Shown here: piece by piece, positions 11,886 through 26,107 of the stretch | Layout of the letters: every line of letters begins with the position of its first letter | Position numbering within the stretch: position 1 is the first letter of the stretch | From: Azolla caroliniana | Taxonomy: Eukaryota > Plantae > Polypodiophyta | DNA length: 64,000 nt | NCBI GenBank assembly: GCA_043228905.1 | Contig: JBHGNT010000006.1 | Location: 14,942,001-15,006,000 of the forward strand | Direction: 5' to 3' | Notes under the pieces: model-generated | What the model was told of the DNA's origin: nothing | Database searches by the model: none | What the model saw: the letters and a program-made list of their open reading frames with translations, nothing else | Program-made: the position numbers and the translations under genes

Positions 11886-14800
11886 GAAGCTAAACCGGAC
11901 GTTGGACGCCTCACACTTGAGCTTGAGGGGGTGTGTTGAGATATCAAGCTCAACTAGTTTAATCTAGTTAGTCAACACATGTAACTTAGTAGTTACCTAG
12001 ATCGAATCTAGTTAATGTGTTGACCTTAAGCCTTTAAATAGGACCTTGTACTTAAGTGGGATATTCTAGATCCTCCACTCCTTAGTACATTTAATGTAGG
12101 ACTTACACATAAGTACCTATGTTCTACCCACACATGTGCACCTTTGCACATGGGTTGTATATATACCTCATTGTGGGTATTTTTTTATGTTGATGACACT
12201 TTTCAATATAGTCAATCATCCCCCATTTATCTTCATGTTCACAAGTGTAACTTCCTCTCTCTCTCTCTTCCTCTCACACACTCTCACGTGCATATCATAC
12301 TAATCTTCCGCTGCTTAACGTAACCATATAATTAGTCTCTAATTAACCCTAGTTAATTACCTAATTACTTAACAACATTGTATACCCACTTGCAGCCGAT
12401 TGGTTTGCAATGTCGGGGAGGGTCAACCAGGTGCCAGGTGTCATTAGCATCAAGTGCCCGCATTTCTTCCTCCATTGCAGCATGCCAATTCGTGTCTTCC
12501 ACCGCTTTTGCGCAACTCTTCGGCTCACACACTTCCGCCACTTTTATCATGTACACATTGATTCACCATGTATTCATTATACCCATACCGCTTCACGAGA
12601 TTCTTTTGGCTGGTCGATCAACGCAACTTCTCATTAGCCGATTTAAGGGCTGGGCCTTCTTGGCCGACTCGGACTTCGTCTCCAAAGGTCCGTCTTCATT
12701 CTTTTCGGAATCAGATTCGCTCCGATCCGACTCGTCCCTATCGGTGTCGTATTCCGGCCCAGAGCGTGAACCGTCTCCTCGGTTCCTTGGACGGGGACAA
12801 CATGACTGAGTCTCCACTATTCTCTGGCTCATCATCCGACTGGTCGTTCCGACTCAATCTTTCATTCAGCTCACTCAGTCGGAATGAAATCGGACTCTCG
12901 TCTAGACTACCGAATTCTTCTTCTTCCTTTGCCCGGATCATTTTGGGCTCACTTGCCTCATGCTCAGTGATCGGGTGGTCGGAGTTGGAGTACGTAAAGA
13001 GTACCACGATGCCGACTCATCGAATTCGACATCTCGGCTTACTCGAACTTGGTTGGTCGGGGGTTTATAACACTTATACTCCTTCAGTTCACGTGAGTAG
13101 TCGACCAATATGCATTTTTGCCGACTTTGGGTCCAACTTCCTCCTTTTCTCATTAGGTACATGCACATAGGCAATGCTGCCAAATATCCTTAGGTGTTGT
13201 AAATTCAGCTTCCACCCGAAATACCGCTCGTGTACCGACACCTTCGCCCCGATCTGGTTTTGGATGTACACGACTGTCTGAACCACTTCGGCCTAGTAGA
13301 ACTTGGGCATGCTCTTCTCCTCCAGCATCGCCCTTGCTGCCTCCACAAATGACCGGTTCTTCCTCCCAGCTACTCCGTTTTGTTCCGGTGTCAAATTCTC
13401 TTCTGTTGTAGATAGTTGTTGAATTGGCCGAAAAAGTGTAACTCCTTTTCACCATCCGACCGTAGGCACTTATTCTTCCTCTCCGTTTCTCGTTCGATAA
13501 GTCTTTGTAGGTTTCAAAAAAAGTCAAAGACTTTGCTTTTCTTCTCAATAGATCCACGTGTGCCGGCTGTAGTCGTCGATGAAGGAGACGAAATATTGAC
13601 TCCCGCCAAGACTAACATTTTGTGCCGGTCCCCATACATCTGAATGTATCAAGTTGAGCTTGTTGCGGCTCCGGTTTCGCTCGTTGGGGAATGGAAGTCT
13701 GTGTTGCTTCCCAATCTGGCAGGGTTCACAAAATTTGGCCTTTTGGCCACTAAACTTCGGCAATCCGAATACCACTTGTTTTGATTGCAGATCTTGAGGC
13801 CTTTGATAATTGACATGGCCGATCCGCTTGTACCATAAGTCAATATCCGACTCGACTTTTTGTCCTTTGGAAAATAGAGTAGTGCTGACATCGTTAGTGT
13901 CGAGGATGAACATCCTCCCGCCTCGGCGCCCTTGCGCGATGATTTGGCCCTCCTCCTCGATGAAGCACCCGAGATGCATGAATCGAACTTGCATCCCCTG
14001 GCCGACGATCTTCCCAACCACCACCAGGTTTTTTGTGATAGTTGGGACATGCAACACGGTCATGAGTTTTCCCTTTTGTTCGACATGGCTTAAGGGAACT
14101 TCATTGACATGTTCGATTGGGTGCGTGTCGTCTCTGGTGGCGCAGAAATCCGTGGACCACCGGGGGCTTGGAACGAGGAGCCGATAAGGGAAACTGAGAA
14201 AGAGAGAAGATTATCCGGATATCCTGTCGGCACCCAGACTTGAGTGTGCAACCGATCTAGACCAACCACCGGATGCTGGACGAGGAACGCACAGGCTCCG
14301 GCATGGGAACTACTGTGGATTTGTTGTCGGATACCAAGTGATGAGCGCACGGGATCAGGACTCGGATAGATGCATGGCACAGATGGAAAATTGAATGGGG
14401 ACGTGGACTCGACACAGAGAGGGTAATCAGATACAACAGAAATGAAATGGATTAAACAGGAAAGGGAGTACAACCGGACTTGGCCGCAATAGAACTACGC
14501 GCTCTTGAAACACACACACACCCAGAATGATGAGCCTCTGGTCGGGAGCACACAGACTTCCTACACGAATATGGGCCTCACCTTCCTACCTGAATCAGTA
14601 TAGAACGAAAATAGAGGGAATAACAGAGATCCAGATCTCAAACCGACAACACTTCCTTCTCCTAAATGATGGATCCTCTCTCAGTCTTCTGTCCCTCCTT
14701 TTATAGCTCAAGGAGTCTGAGAAGCTGTTACATTAGGATGTTAAGACAACTACTTTTCCCTCAAATTTCCTCGATTTTTTCCCCTCCATACATGTGATCA

Positions 14801-17800
14801 TAAAGTACTTATTAATACACTCTACCTAGTACTACTCAATATTTACATTTGTTTTAACTATGTACACATGCCTCTTTCGTGTGCACCCTTGCACACCCCC
14901 ATTCACGTGCATCCGACTTGCTTTTTCCCTATGGCCAGAAATCTTCACGACATCCACCCCCACCAGATGGTATGTCGTCCCGCAACCGGTACCACCATCC
15001 TCATCTTGTCGAGCTTGGATGGATGGTATGTCGCGTTGTCGTTGGTGCTCATTACCACCTAAGACCCGAACCACAGCCTTGCGAACTTTCGGGTCGACCG
15101 ATGCTGATTGTTGAGGGTACCGTCGTAGACCAACACCTAGTTTCCTTCCTCGATCTTCTTCAACTAGATTCAATGTATCCGGTCGAATCGCCCTTTGCTC
15201 TGTAGTCACACCACACCGCATGTAGCCTTGCCTTAGCTCATTTTACATCCTTCGGTCGCCTCTTGAGTTGCCGAATCTGCGCGGCGAGCAGCTCCTCCCC
15301 ACTCATCTCATTAGACCAGTTGATCAACGTGCACCAGGCTATCATTTGCTCTATTGGTATTATCGACTTCTGTCCAAGCATGAGTTCTACCGGAATGTAA
15401 TCGGTCATCGAGGTGTGCGTAGTTCGGTCGGCCCATAGTGCATAAGGTAGGAGCCTCAGCCAATTCCCCACCCATCCGTCGCATGCTCGTACTATGGCCT
15501 TCACAATTGTCCCATGCCCACGTTCGACCTTCCCGTTCGCGATCGTAAGGGAAAGCTTGATCCCTAACCAGTTGAATAGGTCCTCTGCTTCGTGTGCATC
15601 TAGTTCCCCTCGGTGGGCTACTACCTTCCCCACGCACTTGTACCGGAAAATCACATCTTCGATCACGAATAGGCAAACGACCGTGGTTGTTTTGCTTGTT
15701 GTAAAGAATTGGGTATGATTCCTGTGTAGCGGAATAGGTGAGAGATGTGTGTTATGTGTGTGTGTGAGAGAGAGAGAGATAGAGGAGAGAAATGAAAGAT
15801 ATATTTTTGAGAGACAATAGAATACTCAAGAAGATGTATATTGTGAAATGCACATAAATGGAATCCAAAACCAGCCTGCTTAGCTTCTTACTTCCTATTC
15901 AATTTATAGTCGTACAAAGGTACCCATTTGGGTTGGCTCTACTTAGCTACATGCATCCTAACAAGGGTATGCTAAAAGGGGCACAAAGGAACACATGCAC
16001 ACCCAACATGAAGGTATGCCCTTGCATCTAAGGGACACCACATTTCCCCCCTGAGAGAAACAAGAATTTTTACGACATGGGGAAAGGACGAGCGCTAGAA
16101 GATGGGCTTGGGGTAGCATAGGGCTTGATGTGGGCAACATGGGCGGAGGTGAAGCGGCCATTGGAATCGTGTCGGAGCAAGTAAGTCGTGGATTTGATTG
16201 CACAAACCACGGTGAATGGGCCGATCCATCGGTGCATGAGTGATTCGCTGAGACCGCGCCGCCGGACCGGGAAGTAAACAAGGACTTTGGTTCCATTATC
16301 ATAAGTCGGGGTAATTCGACCCACGTCGTAGTGTCGCTTTTGGCGTTGTTGTGCGACTTGTAGGTTTCGAGAGTTTGCTTGTCGAAGGGGAGGGAGCAGT
16401 TGTTGGAGATAGAGCCCCCAAGTGGCACCATCCATGTTGGTAGGTTTGGAATGGACGTCAATGGACGGTTTTGGTGGGAGCAGAGGGTCACGCCCATAGA
16501 GTGCGCGAAAAGGGCTAATTCGTGTTGACGCTTGAACAGATGTATTGTAGGCATGGGTGACAAAAGGCAAGATTTGATCCCAAGTTTTGTGGCCTGGATC
16601 GATGTAAGCGGCAATCTCCTGCTTGAGGGTCTTGTTGAGGCGATCGATGAAGCCGTTTGTTTGCGGATGGTACGGGGATGTAAACACCTGCTGGAAACCT
16701 AGTTGAGTTGCAACCGCGTTGAGGACGTCCCCATGGAACTGGTGGCCCTGATAAGATAAGAGTTGGACATGGAAATCATGTTGAAAAATTACCTTGTGCA
16801 AAAGTTGGGATGCGATTGTTGGCGTAGTGACGTCAGGGATGACAACAGTTTCAGCCCATCTGGTGAGGTATTCTGTTATGACCAGGATATACTTGTTGCC
16901 ACTGGGGGTTTTGGGAAAAGGTCCCATGAAATCCCATCTGACGAGCTCGAAAGGCGATGTGACGGTGATGGGTTGGAGCATTCCGGCGGGCCTGCTCGCG
17001 GATGTGTTGACACAAAGCACATTGGTTGATGCAGGTAGAGACAGAGTGTCGCATGTTGGGCCAACAATACTTGAGATGTAATTTTTCAAGAACCTTGTGG
17101 AAACCCAGATGACCCGACAATGGGTGGTCGTGATAAAATCGGAGATACGTATGTTGTAGGGCATGAGGGATGTAGAGACGCGGCACGTGATGTGCCTAAA
17201 TGAAGAACACCAAGTTATCGCAGAGCATGAACCATCGTTGTGAGGGAAATGGTTGGAGGGAGCGCAACTGATGGGTTATCTCTTAGATGGCGGGGTCGTG
17301 TTGCTGAAGTGTAGCGAGTTGTGGTAGTGGCAGTGGAAGGTCAGACGTCACGGGTAGAAATCGGACAGCTTGGAAATCGGCGCGAGAGAGACTATCGGCA
17401 ACCAAATTGGTTACACCTTTTCGATAGGAGAGGGTAAACTGATAATCTTGAAGTGCCAATGTTCAACGCAACAAGCGGTCCGGGGGGTGAGGTCGATGAA
17501 TCGGAGAAAGTAAGGGCTGGTGGTAAGTCTCAACCGTAACCTGCCCACCATGAAGGTATGGGTGAAGACATTGGAAAGACCAGACGATAGCAAGTAGTTC
17601 CTTCTCAATGGTTGAGTAGTTTCGTTTAGCCGGCGTGAGAGTTCGGCTAATGAAGGCGGCCTCTTGCCCGTGGCAATCGGTTTTCAAGAGGACGGCTCCT
17701 AACCCATGGTTAGAGGCATATGTTTGCAACGTAAATGACTGGTCAAAGTTAGGATGGGCGAGCAACCTTGATTCCTGAACCATTGTTTTGAGGTGACGAA

Positions 17801-17997
17801 AGCTGTCTTCGCAAGCAGGATCCCAAACGAATGACACACCTTTCTTTGGGAGATGACGGAGGGGGAAAGTGACAAAGGCAAGGTTCAGGATGAAGCGAAG
17901 GGAAAAGATGATCATGCCCAAAAAACGTTGCAATGTTTTTATTGAGTTGGCGCGGGGGTAGTCGGTGATGGCAGCTACCTTTGCAGGGTCCATACGG

Positions 17998-20900
17998 TGT
18001 CGTGGAGAAAACCGTCCCTAGGTGGAAACCGTGTATAACGTGCGTAAACCGGCCCTTACACATGGGCACAAGTTTTGTTGTATAGTACGTAGATAGGTAC
18101 AAGTCGGCTGAGGTGAAATCCTAAGTAGCACGCATTCAGTAGGGAGAAAATCGAGGCGTATTCCTGTCTGAAAGGACAGGGAATAAACATGATGTAACGA
18201 GTGGTAACGGCCTCCCTCCTTGGGCTATAAAAGAGAGGGAGAGGTATGGAAAAAGGGATCGCATTTGTGGAGGACGAAGAGCTGCCGGACTGGAACCGAA
18301 CGCTTCTCCTCTCCTCTGTCGTCTCCATAATCGTTCTGTGCAGGTTTAGGGAGGTTGACTCTGATCCGCGGGACACCCGAGTGCTCCCGGTAGAGTCTCC
18401 ATCTCGCGTTCTGTGTGTGTGTGTGTGTGTGTGCGTGCACAGGCGTCGGAGCCCATCACTTTCTGGCTTGCCGGTTGTAACACCTTGATTTATATATACA
18501 TAAACATTCGTTCTGTCTCCATCTCGCGTTCTGTAGCTAGTTGCAATTCCTGTGATTCTATGGGTCTGTGCGCATATGAATTACATCGTTAGTTTCCTTC
18601 CCCTCCCCTCATTCGATTATTTCTCGGTCCGAGGCCTTGGTGGTCCCGCCTCGTTTTCCACGCACGCGCGTAACAACGTGACATATTTGGTAAACCCGAC
18701 GTGAACATGCGGCAGAGGAATAGAAAGATGAGAGGGTCGGATCTTGTAGAAGCCATGGCTTTGACTATGGATCGGATAGTGAGTGCGCGCAAAGTCATAG
18801 GCTCCCTCGATAGGGCTATTGAAGCGGTCGTTGGCACGATAGGCCGGTTCGGTGGGAAGGACGCCACGAGCTATTTGGAGGCCTACCGAGCCGAAATGGT
18901 GATGAGGGACATCCCGGAGGACAAGCGATTGGCCGGATTCCCTCGGGTGGCGATGCCGGGCATCCACGCGGAGGTGCTTGAGGTACGGGCTGAGAGTCGG
19001 ACCTAGGAAGAGTTTGAAGGTTGGCTCCTTGAAAAATACGGGCTTGATGATGCGCTTCGGCTGTCGAAGTGGGACTTCATGGAATGGGTCTTTGGGAGTT
19101 TGAAGAACGCTTCGCACGACTTTCGGCGCTCGACCGGACTGTGCTGGACACGAGTCGTGTCCTATTGTTCGTTAAATCGGTGGACGCAAGGGACCAGGAG
19201 CAAGTGGGCTTCCTGTTGGAGACCGATGATGGCCTAACAACCAACTAGGCCGTGGTAAAGAGAGTCTGTGGCCATTTGGACAAACGGTGTGAGTGGGTCG
19301 ATAAAGGTTTGATGGGGGCGGGTTTTGTTGCGACAAGGAAGGTCGAGGTACCCCCACCGGTGCGAAGGGAAGAGACCCGAGACTGGCTTGAGACCGGCAT
19401 GGTCAAAGGCTCGTCCGGAGGAGCGGCTCTGGAGGAGCTGACTCAGATGGTGAGGGACCTCCAGATCGCGCAAGCATGGAGGGACGGCGGCGAACAAGTC
19501 CGTGACCGAAGGCATTCGGCTAGGAGCCGGTTTTTGTGGTGCGATGCGGTCGGCCAGGCCCGAAAGGACTGCGGGGACTTCGCCTAAGCGATAAGATCTA
19601 ACGTGGTGTACCTATGGAATGGTCAGGTGCACGCTAGTGAGACCCGGAGGGCCCTGGATCTGAATGTCGGACGAGGGGGTATGAAACGGCTGATGGAAGA
19701 AGGGGCGGCTCGTCATGCGGACACCGTCCACTACTCGGCGTCGGCTAGAATCCAGGTCGGAAGCGATGAAGACCGGAAGACGAAGGAAGCCGGATTCTGG
19801 CCGGTGATGCTGGAAGGCCTCGCCAGCGTAAGGCTGAAGAAAGAGGAAGCGAACCGCATGGAAAGACGGGTCTAGGAGGTTACCGGGTGGAGTGACCCGA
19901 TCGAAGAGAAGACGGGATTCGTGGAAGCCGCGTGCCAGAACTACGAGGTTCTGGTGGAAGACAAGTGAGCGGGAAAGACCGGGGGGGGGCCGGACCCTCA
20001 CAACGGTATGAGACCCGGTTCGGGCCGAAGCAGAGTGATATCGGTGCATCCGGCGCACCGGACAAGGCCAAGAAGGCCGATTATCGGTTGAGCACGGAGA
20101 TCGAAAGGACAACGGACCTACAAAAGGTCCTGGAGGAATGGATCCTCGACAGCAAAGTGGAACTGTCGCTGAGGGAAGTGCTCGGTATCGCCAAGAAGGA
20201 GTTACACGACTCCATCGTAGACTTGGTGAAGCGGAAAAGGCTTTCAACGGAGCCAGAGCCAGAGAAGCCGGTGGAGGTGCGAACGACGCACCTAGAAGGC
20301 ATGGCCCTGGAGGACGAATTGGCGGAAAGCCACTACTCGAGGCTACATTGGGCTAGGGCCACAACGGAAACTCCTGTTCGGATCGGGGGCGTCCAGGAGC
20401 CGGTGGTGGCATTGGTAGACCACGGTTCAGAGATCAACTTGATGTCCATGGACTTCTACAAGAAGGGAAAGTGGCCGATCAACACCAAGCAAAGGTGGAA
20501 GATACGGGCAGCAACGCGCGCCACGGAGGAGCTACACGGAGCTTGCCCGAATGTACGAGTGAAAATCAACGATGTTGAGATTGACCAACACTTCTTCGTG
20601 GAGGAGACGTCCTCGCATCCGGTGATACTCGGAGAACCGTACATCATGGCAGCGCGCATGGAGACAAAGGTGTTGGACAACAGTTCGGCATATGCACGAG
20701 TCAAGAGCCAGGATGGGCGTCACTCGATCCAGTTCTTGATATTGTGACTGAACCATGAGCGCAACCGCGAGACCCTCGGTGCCCAAAACCGAGCGGATTT
20801 TTAGAGAGGGCTATCAAGGCGTGGGGCCGCGATAGTCCAGACACCCCGGAAAAACCCCACAGATGTACTATAGGCGAAAAGACCTGTACCATAGGTAGAA

Positions 20901-23853
20901 ATTTTGGTTCTCCGATAGCGGAGGTTGTACAATAGCCAGCGTAGTTGGCCGGGAAAAGAAGCGGGCGGAGGAGCAACTTCGGCCGAAAGCCATCCTAGGC
21001 AAAGGTAGAAGCCATCTCCGCGATGGATGATTGCGGGTCGGTCATCGAGGTGCGAAGGATCCTTGGGGCATGTGCGTTCTATCACATTTGGATTCCGCAC
21101 TACGCGCATGTCGCGGAACCCCTTTACGGGTTGCCGAGGAAAGGGCGTAAATTCGAATGGAGAGACGAGCACACGGAGTCGGTCTAGAGACTGAAGGAGG
21201 CGCTCGCCGCGGCACCGGCTCTCCGGAAAACGGTTTACAGTAAGGAAGTCCCCATTTACGTGACGGTGGACACGAGCCCAACCGGGATTGGGTGGGTGAT
21301 CAATTAGGAAGACGAAGATGGCGTACGGTTCCCGATCCAGTTCGGGGCAAAGGTATTGAGCGAGCGGCAGCGAGGATACGCCCAAATCAAGCGTGAGCTA
21401 TGGGGTATCGTTTTGGCAGTTAAGGCCGACAAGGACTATCTGATCGGGACGGAAGTGGTCATCAAGACGGACTACCTACCGATTCTGGGTATGGTTTCCG
21501 GATGCGCGACTCCAGACCTGGCCATGCTCAAGTGGATCGCGTACATCAAGTCCCTAAACCCGGAGATATGGCACATCTCAGGAAAGGATAACACCATGGC
21601 CGATATGCTTTGAAGGGCGAGGTTCAATGACGTGGATGGCATGGTTTCGGATAATGAAGAAGTCGGCGAGGACTTCTTCGGGTCAGCTAAAGTAACAACA
21701 AGAAAGGGGAGCACTCCGGCGCTTAACAAATTCGACGAGAGCAAGTACGATGGGGAGTGGCTCCAGATCGGTGGGTTCCTGAAGACAATGACACCGGACG
21801 CGGCGTGGACGAAGGAAGAGGCAACCGGATTCGGAAGAAAGTGTACCGATTCTTCCTACGGGACGGGAGCATATGGAAGCACCTGAAGAAGAGAAACGGC
21901 ATCCCACTCCAAGTGGTGGCGAAGAAAGAGGAACAAGAAGAATTGCTGACGGCGTACCACGAGAGTCCCTGAGCCGGACACCGCGGGACGTGGGCCACAT
22001 TCGAGAAGCTAAAGGGGAAGTACTGGTGGCCGGGACTATACAGGGACATGCATCGGTTCAAGATGACTTGCGAAAGCTGTCAGGTGCACTCCATAGTCCG
22101 ACATCAGGACGAGCTTCACCCGACCTACCCTCCGACCGTCCACTTCAAGTGGATGGTGGATCTGGTGACGATGCCGATGGGGGTAGGGCAGATGCGGTAT
22201 TTGGTGCTGGCTTGGGAGGACCTGACAAACCAGGTGGAAGTCCGAGTGTTGAAGAGCAAAATGACTGCGGCCGTGTGCCGATTTCTGATCGAAGAAGTGG
22301 TATGCCGGTATGGGTGTGTAGGTAAGATCGTGGCCGACTGCGGGGAATTGGACGTGCAAGAGGCGGAAGAGCTGTTTGACCGGCTAGGAATTAAACTCTC
22401 GCTCACCACAACGTACAATCTGGAGGCTAATGGGAAGGTGGAGCACGGACACAGGCCGATCGTCAAAGCGTTAGTACGGGCGTGTGGAGGCCAAGTCGGG
22501 AACTGGCCGCAGCTCTTACCCTACGCGTTGTGGGTGGACCAAACTACGCACAGTTCGGTAACTGGGTTCATGCCGGCAGAGCTAATGTACGGGCAAAAGC
22601 CGATCATGCCAATGGAGCAGACAATCTCCTCATGGGCCACGGTGGACTGGAAAGACGAGATGAGCCGGGAAGAGCTGTTAGCGGCACGGATTCGGCAGCT
22701 GCAGCAATGATCGGAGGACGTGGACCGAGCCGCGGAGAAGCTGCGGAGGGCGAGGGTAAAGAACAAAGGACGGTTCGACCGGACTCACCGACTGAGACCA
22801 AAGAAGATCGAGGAAGGCGACTGGGTTCTAGTGTACGACAACAACCTCGACAACCAGCACAAGGCAATGTGGAAGTTTGCAAGAAGGTGGTTCGGGCCTT
22901 ATGTGGTGACAAGTGCCAAAGACAATGGGACCTACCATCTCGCGGAGCTCGACGGGACAAGGATGCCGGTATCGGTGGCGGGGAAGAGGATCAAAACATT
23001 CAAAAAGCGGCACGAGTTTGAACCGGACCAAGACGACCTGGATGGCGACAACGACCGGCATGGAACGGATGCCGATATGGAGGACGAAGGATGAGCATGG
23101 GCTGGTCTTCTCCGGCAAGAGTCTAATTTTGGTGCATACCGGTGGATGCGCGGTTAGGTGGGGGCGGATGTCGTGGAGAAAACCGTCCCTAGGCAGAAAC
23201 CGCGTATAACGTGTGTAAACTGGCCCATACACGTGGGCACAAGTTTTGTTGTATAGTACATAGATAGGTACAAGTCGGGTGAGGTGAAATCCTAAGTAGC
23301 ACGCATTCAGTAGGGCGAAAATCGAGCGTATCCCTGTCTGAAAGGACAGGGAATAAACATGATGTAACGGGTGGTAACAGCCTCCCTCCTTGGGCTATAA
23401 AAGAGAGGGAGAGGTATTGAAAAAGGGATTGCGTTTGTGGAGGACGAAGAGTTGCCGGACTGGAACCAAGTGCTTCTCCTCTCCTCTGTCGTCTCCATAA
23501 TCGTTCTGTGCAGGTTTAGGGAGGCTGACTCTGCTCCATGGGACACCCGAGTGCTCCCGGTAGAGTCTCCATCTCGCGTTCTGTGTGTGTGTGTGTGTGT
23601 GTGTGTGCACAGGCGTCGGAGCCCATCACTCGCTGGCTTGCCGGTTGTAACACCTTGATTTATATATACATAAACATTCGTTCTGTCTCCATCTCACGTT
23701 CTGTAGCCAGTTGCAATTCCTGTGATTCTGTGGGTCTGTGCGCGTGTGAATTACATCGTTAGTTTCCTTCCCCTCCCCTCATTTGGTTATTTCTCGGTCC
23801 GAGACCCCGGTGTTCCCGCCTTGTTCTCCATGCACGCGCGTAAGAACGCGACA
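17998..23853 (+). mobile_element. W2: degenerate W-family Gypsy with the RT core deleted
   Basis: LTRs at 17998-18683 and 23169-23853 with a (TG)n tract; PBS TGGTAAACCCGACGTGAA at 18688-18705; TSD ACGG/ACAG. gag-PR (LVDHGSEINLM), then a jump near 21000 directly to the RT C-terminus, RNase H and integrase. Confidence 0.9.
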
Positions 23854-25350
23854 ACAGATTCCATCGCCAGAGATGATGAAGCCGAGAAAACGGAGGCTGG
23901 TGCTTCCCCATCGACACTTCTTCCATTGGAGTTGCAAGTTATGCTTAGTTATGCAAGCGAGGACTTCAGCGAGAGTTTGTAGATGATCCTCCCAAGTGGT
24001 CGTGTGGATAAGGATGTCGTCGAGATAAACAAGGAGGACGACTTTATTGATAAGGTCGGCAAAGATGGAGTTTGCCATGCTTTGGAATGTGCTGCCGGCG
24101 TCAGACAGGCCAAACGGCATGCGGGTGAACTGGAACAGGCCGCGTCATGTGCGGAATGCGGTCTTGTGGGCATCAGATGGCTTTAAGGGGATCTGCCAAT
24201 ATCTCGAGGCTAAGTCGAGGGAGGTGAAATAACGGGAGCCCCCGAGTTGGTTCACGAGGTCGTCCACACGAGGGAGCGGGTAGCGGTCATGGATCGTCAC
24301 TTTGTTGAGTGGGCTAAAGTCGATGCAAAAGCGGAAGGTGCCATCATCTTTCTTGACGAGGTGGGGTTCTGAAACCCAATCGCCGATGGAAGGAATGATA
24401 ATACCTTTGGTGAGCATATTGGTGACGGCAGCATCGATGCGATCGTGGTCGAAGGGGGAACGTTGGCGTGTAGCCATGCGGATGGGAGCGGCATCCCTGG
24501 TACGAATGACATGTTCTACGGGGAAAGAGACAGTAGCGGCATGCGTGGGTTGGGGGGCTAGTAACAATTGGCAGACGGAGACTAACCGCTCCTTGGGACT
24601 GAGGGCCACTTGAACTTGGCTGAGGTGGGGGACATGGGGGCTATCGTGTAGGAGGGGGATAGGGGGAGCTTGTGGGACAATCAGTTTGTGAGCATCGAAA
24701 TCAATCATAGTGCAACGCTTGAGGAGCCAATCGCAACCTAAGGTGAGGGGGAAAAGTTGGTGGGGCAAGACATAAAAGTGGTGTGAGAATGTGAGAGTGC
24801 CTAAGGTAACGATGCAATGGGCTTGCGTGCAAGAGTGGTATAGATGTTGGTGATCGCCAAAAAGGACTTGGATGGAAGGAGCGGTGGTTGTGGGGAGGCC
24901 TAATTGGTGAACTAAGGCGGTGCTAATTGGAGAGATACTACTACCAGAGTCTAATAGGATGGTGTGTGTGGAGTGATTAATGGTGGCGAGAGCGGTGTAT
25001 CCCTTTGAACTAGAAGAGGCGGACGCTTGGACGTGGGGGGGCTGGCCTTTCCATCAATACCCCGGAAGTTAGTTTCCCGGAAGCTTAGCCAACGATGCGA
25101 CGTCAGCCATGGTTATCTGGGCTTGCTGCTTGTGAGATTGTTGCTGCAATTTCCGGCAATAACGTCGGACATGTCCATAATTGTGGCAGTAGAAACACTT
25201 CGGGCATCCTTGGGCATCGCGATTAGGAAGGTTTCGGCGAGTCTGCATCTGCACATTTTGGACGTTGTCGTAGTGTAGGTTGCACACTATGTGGAAATTA
25301 TATTTTCGTCCCTCCGGATAGAGAATGGAGTGCTCGGTGAGAACCGGAAG

Positions 25351-25441
25351 AAAACGGCATACCGGCAAGGTGGAAAACGGCATACCGGCAAGGAGGAAAA
25401 ACGGCATACCGGCAAGGAAGAAAACGGCATACCGGCAAGGA
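25351..25441. repeat. 23-24-bp tandem repeat x4 in the W3 LTR U3 (second copy at 31823-31913)
   Basis: AAAACGGCATACCGGCAAGG(T/A)(G/A)G repeated head to tail. Confidence 0.9.
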
Positions 25442-26107
25442 AGAGCCGGATAAAGAGACATAAATGTAAAAAAAAAGGAAATACTCACTACTGCGCAGGG
25501 CGTGATTCAAACTCTGCACCTCCACGTTGACAAACCCCAACCTTACCATTACATTAACTTATCTTAAGTGTTTTAAATATAGATAAGACCTTTATTTATG
25601 CATACCTTTATTAAAAGGTAAATCGTGTATTTTTTTAATATATGAAAAAGACGAGACACTAAAAATAACTCATGCACATCTAGCGTGCATGAGCCCTATA
25701 CTTAGGAAATAAAAAAGCATCACATGCACATTTAGTGGACATGAACACTTTTGTAATAAAAAAAAAGCATGAAGCCATGCTTAGCTCTTCCTTCCTTATA
25801 TAAGGAGGAGAGAAATATGTAAAGGGTTGTTGATTATTTGGATTAAGAATTAATCAATACAAAAATTATTCGTGGGATTCACGATTTATACATCTACTTC
25901 TCTCCTCCTTATATAATATAGTATACTCGTGTGATTCACGAGTTTCTTATCTTTCTCTTTGCTATTTACTCATAATTAATCTCTATCTCACGAACTTCTT
26001 TCTCCTAGTCCAAGACCTCTGTGGTTCCCACCCGACTCACGCAACGATCCGGAGCCGAAAGGCACGACACAGTTGGTGAACCCGACGTGAAAACGGGTGG
26101 CAAGGAG

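Larger units (their letters stand above)
8390..12374 (+). mobile_element. C2: RT-less (non-autonomous) Bryco-like Copia with both LTRs
   Basis: 441-bp LTRs at 8390-8830 and 11934-12374; TSD ACATT; PBS TGGTATCAGAGC (tRNA-iMet) at 8831-8842; PPT before 11934. Encodes gag-PR-INT with a few stops; no RT or RNase H. Confidence 0.92.
6055..14137 (-). mobile_element. C1: degenerate Bryco-like Ty1/Copia, 5'-truncated (integrase, RT, RNase H, 3' LTR), split by C2
   Basis: 3' LTR ~6055-6481 with PPT GAGGGGGAG. RNase H/RT at 6647-8389; integrase at 12380-14137 (HSDVWGP). Reading continues across C2 (CKWVYNV/KYN). Same family as C4. The left LTR boundary is approximate. Confidence 0.85.

Noticed and set aside
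25351-25441. CRISPR-like array (also 45061-45165 and 1227-1345)
   Set aside because: Head-to-tail repeats without unique spacers, located inside LTRs; eukaryotic context and no cas genes.
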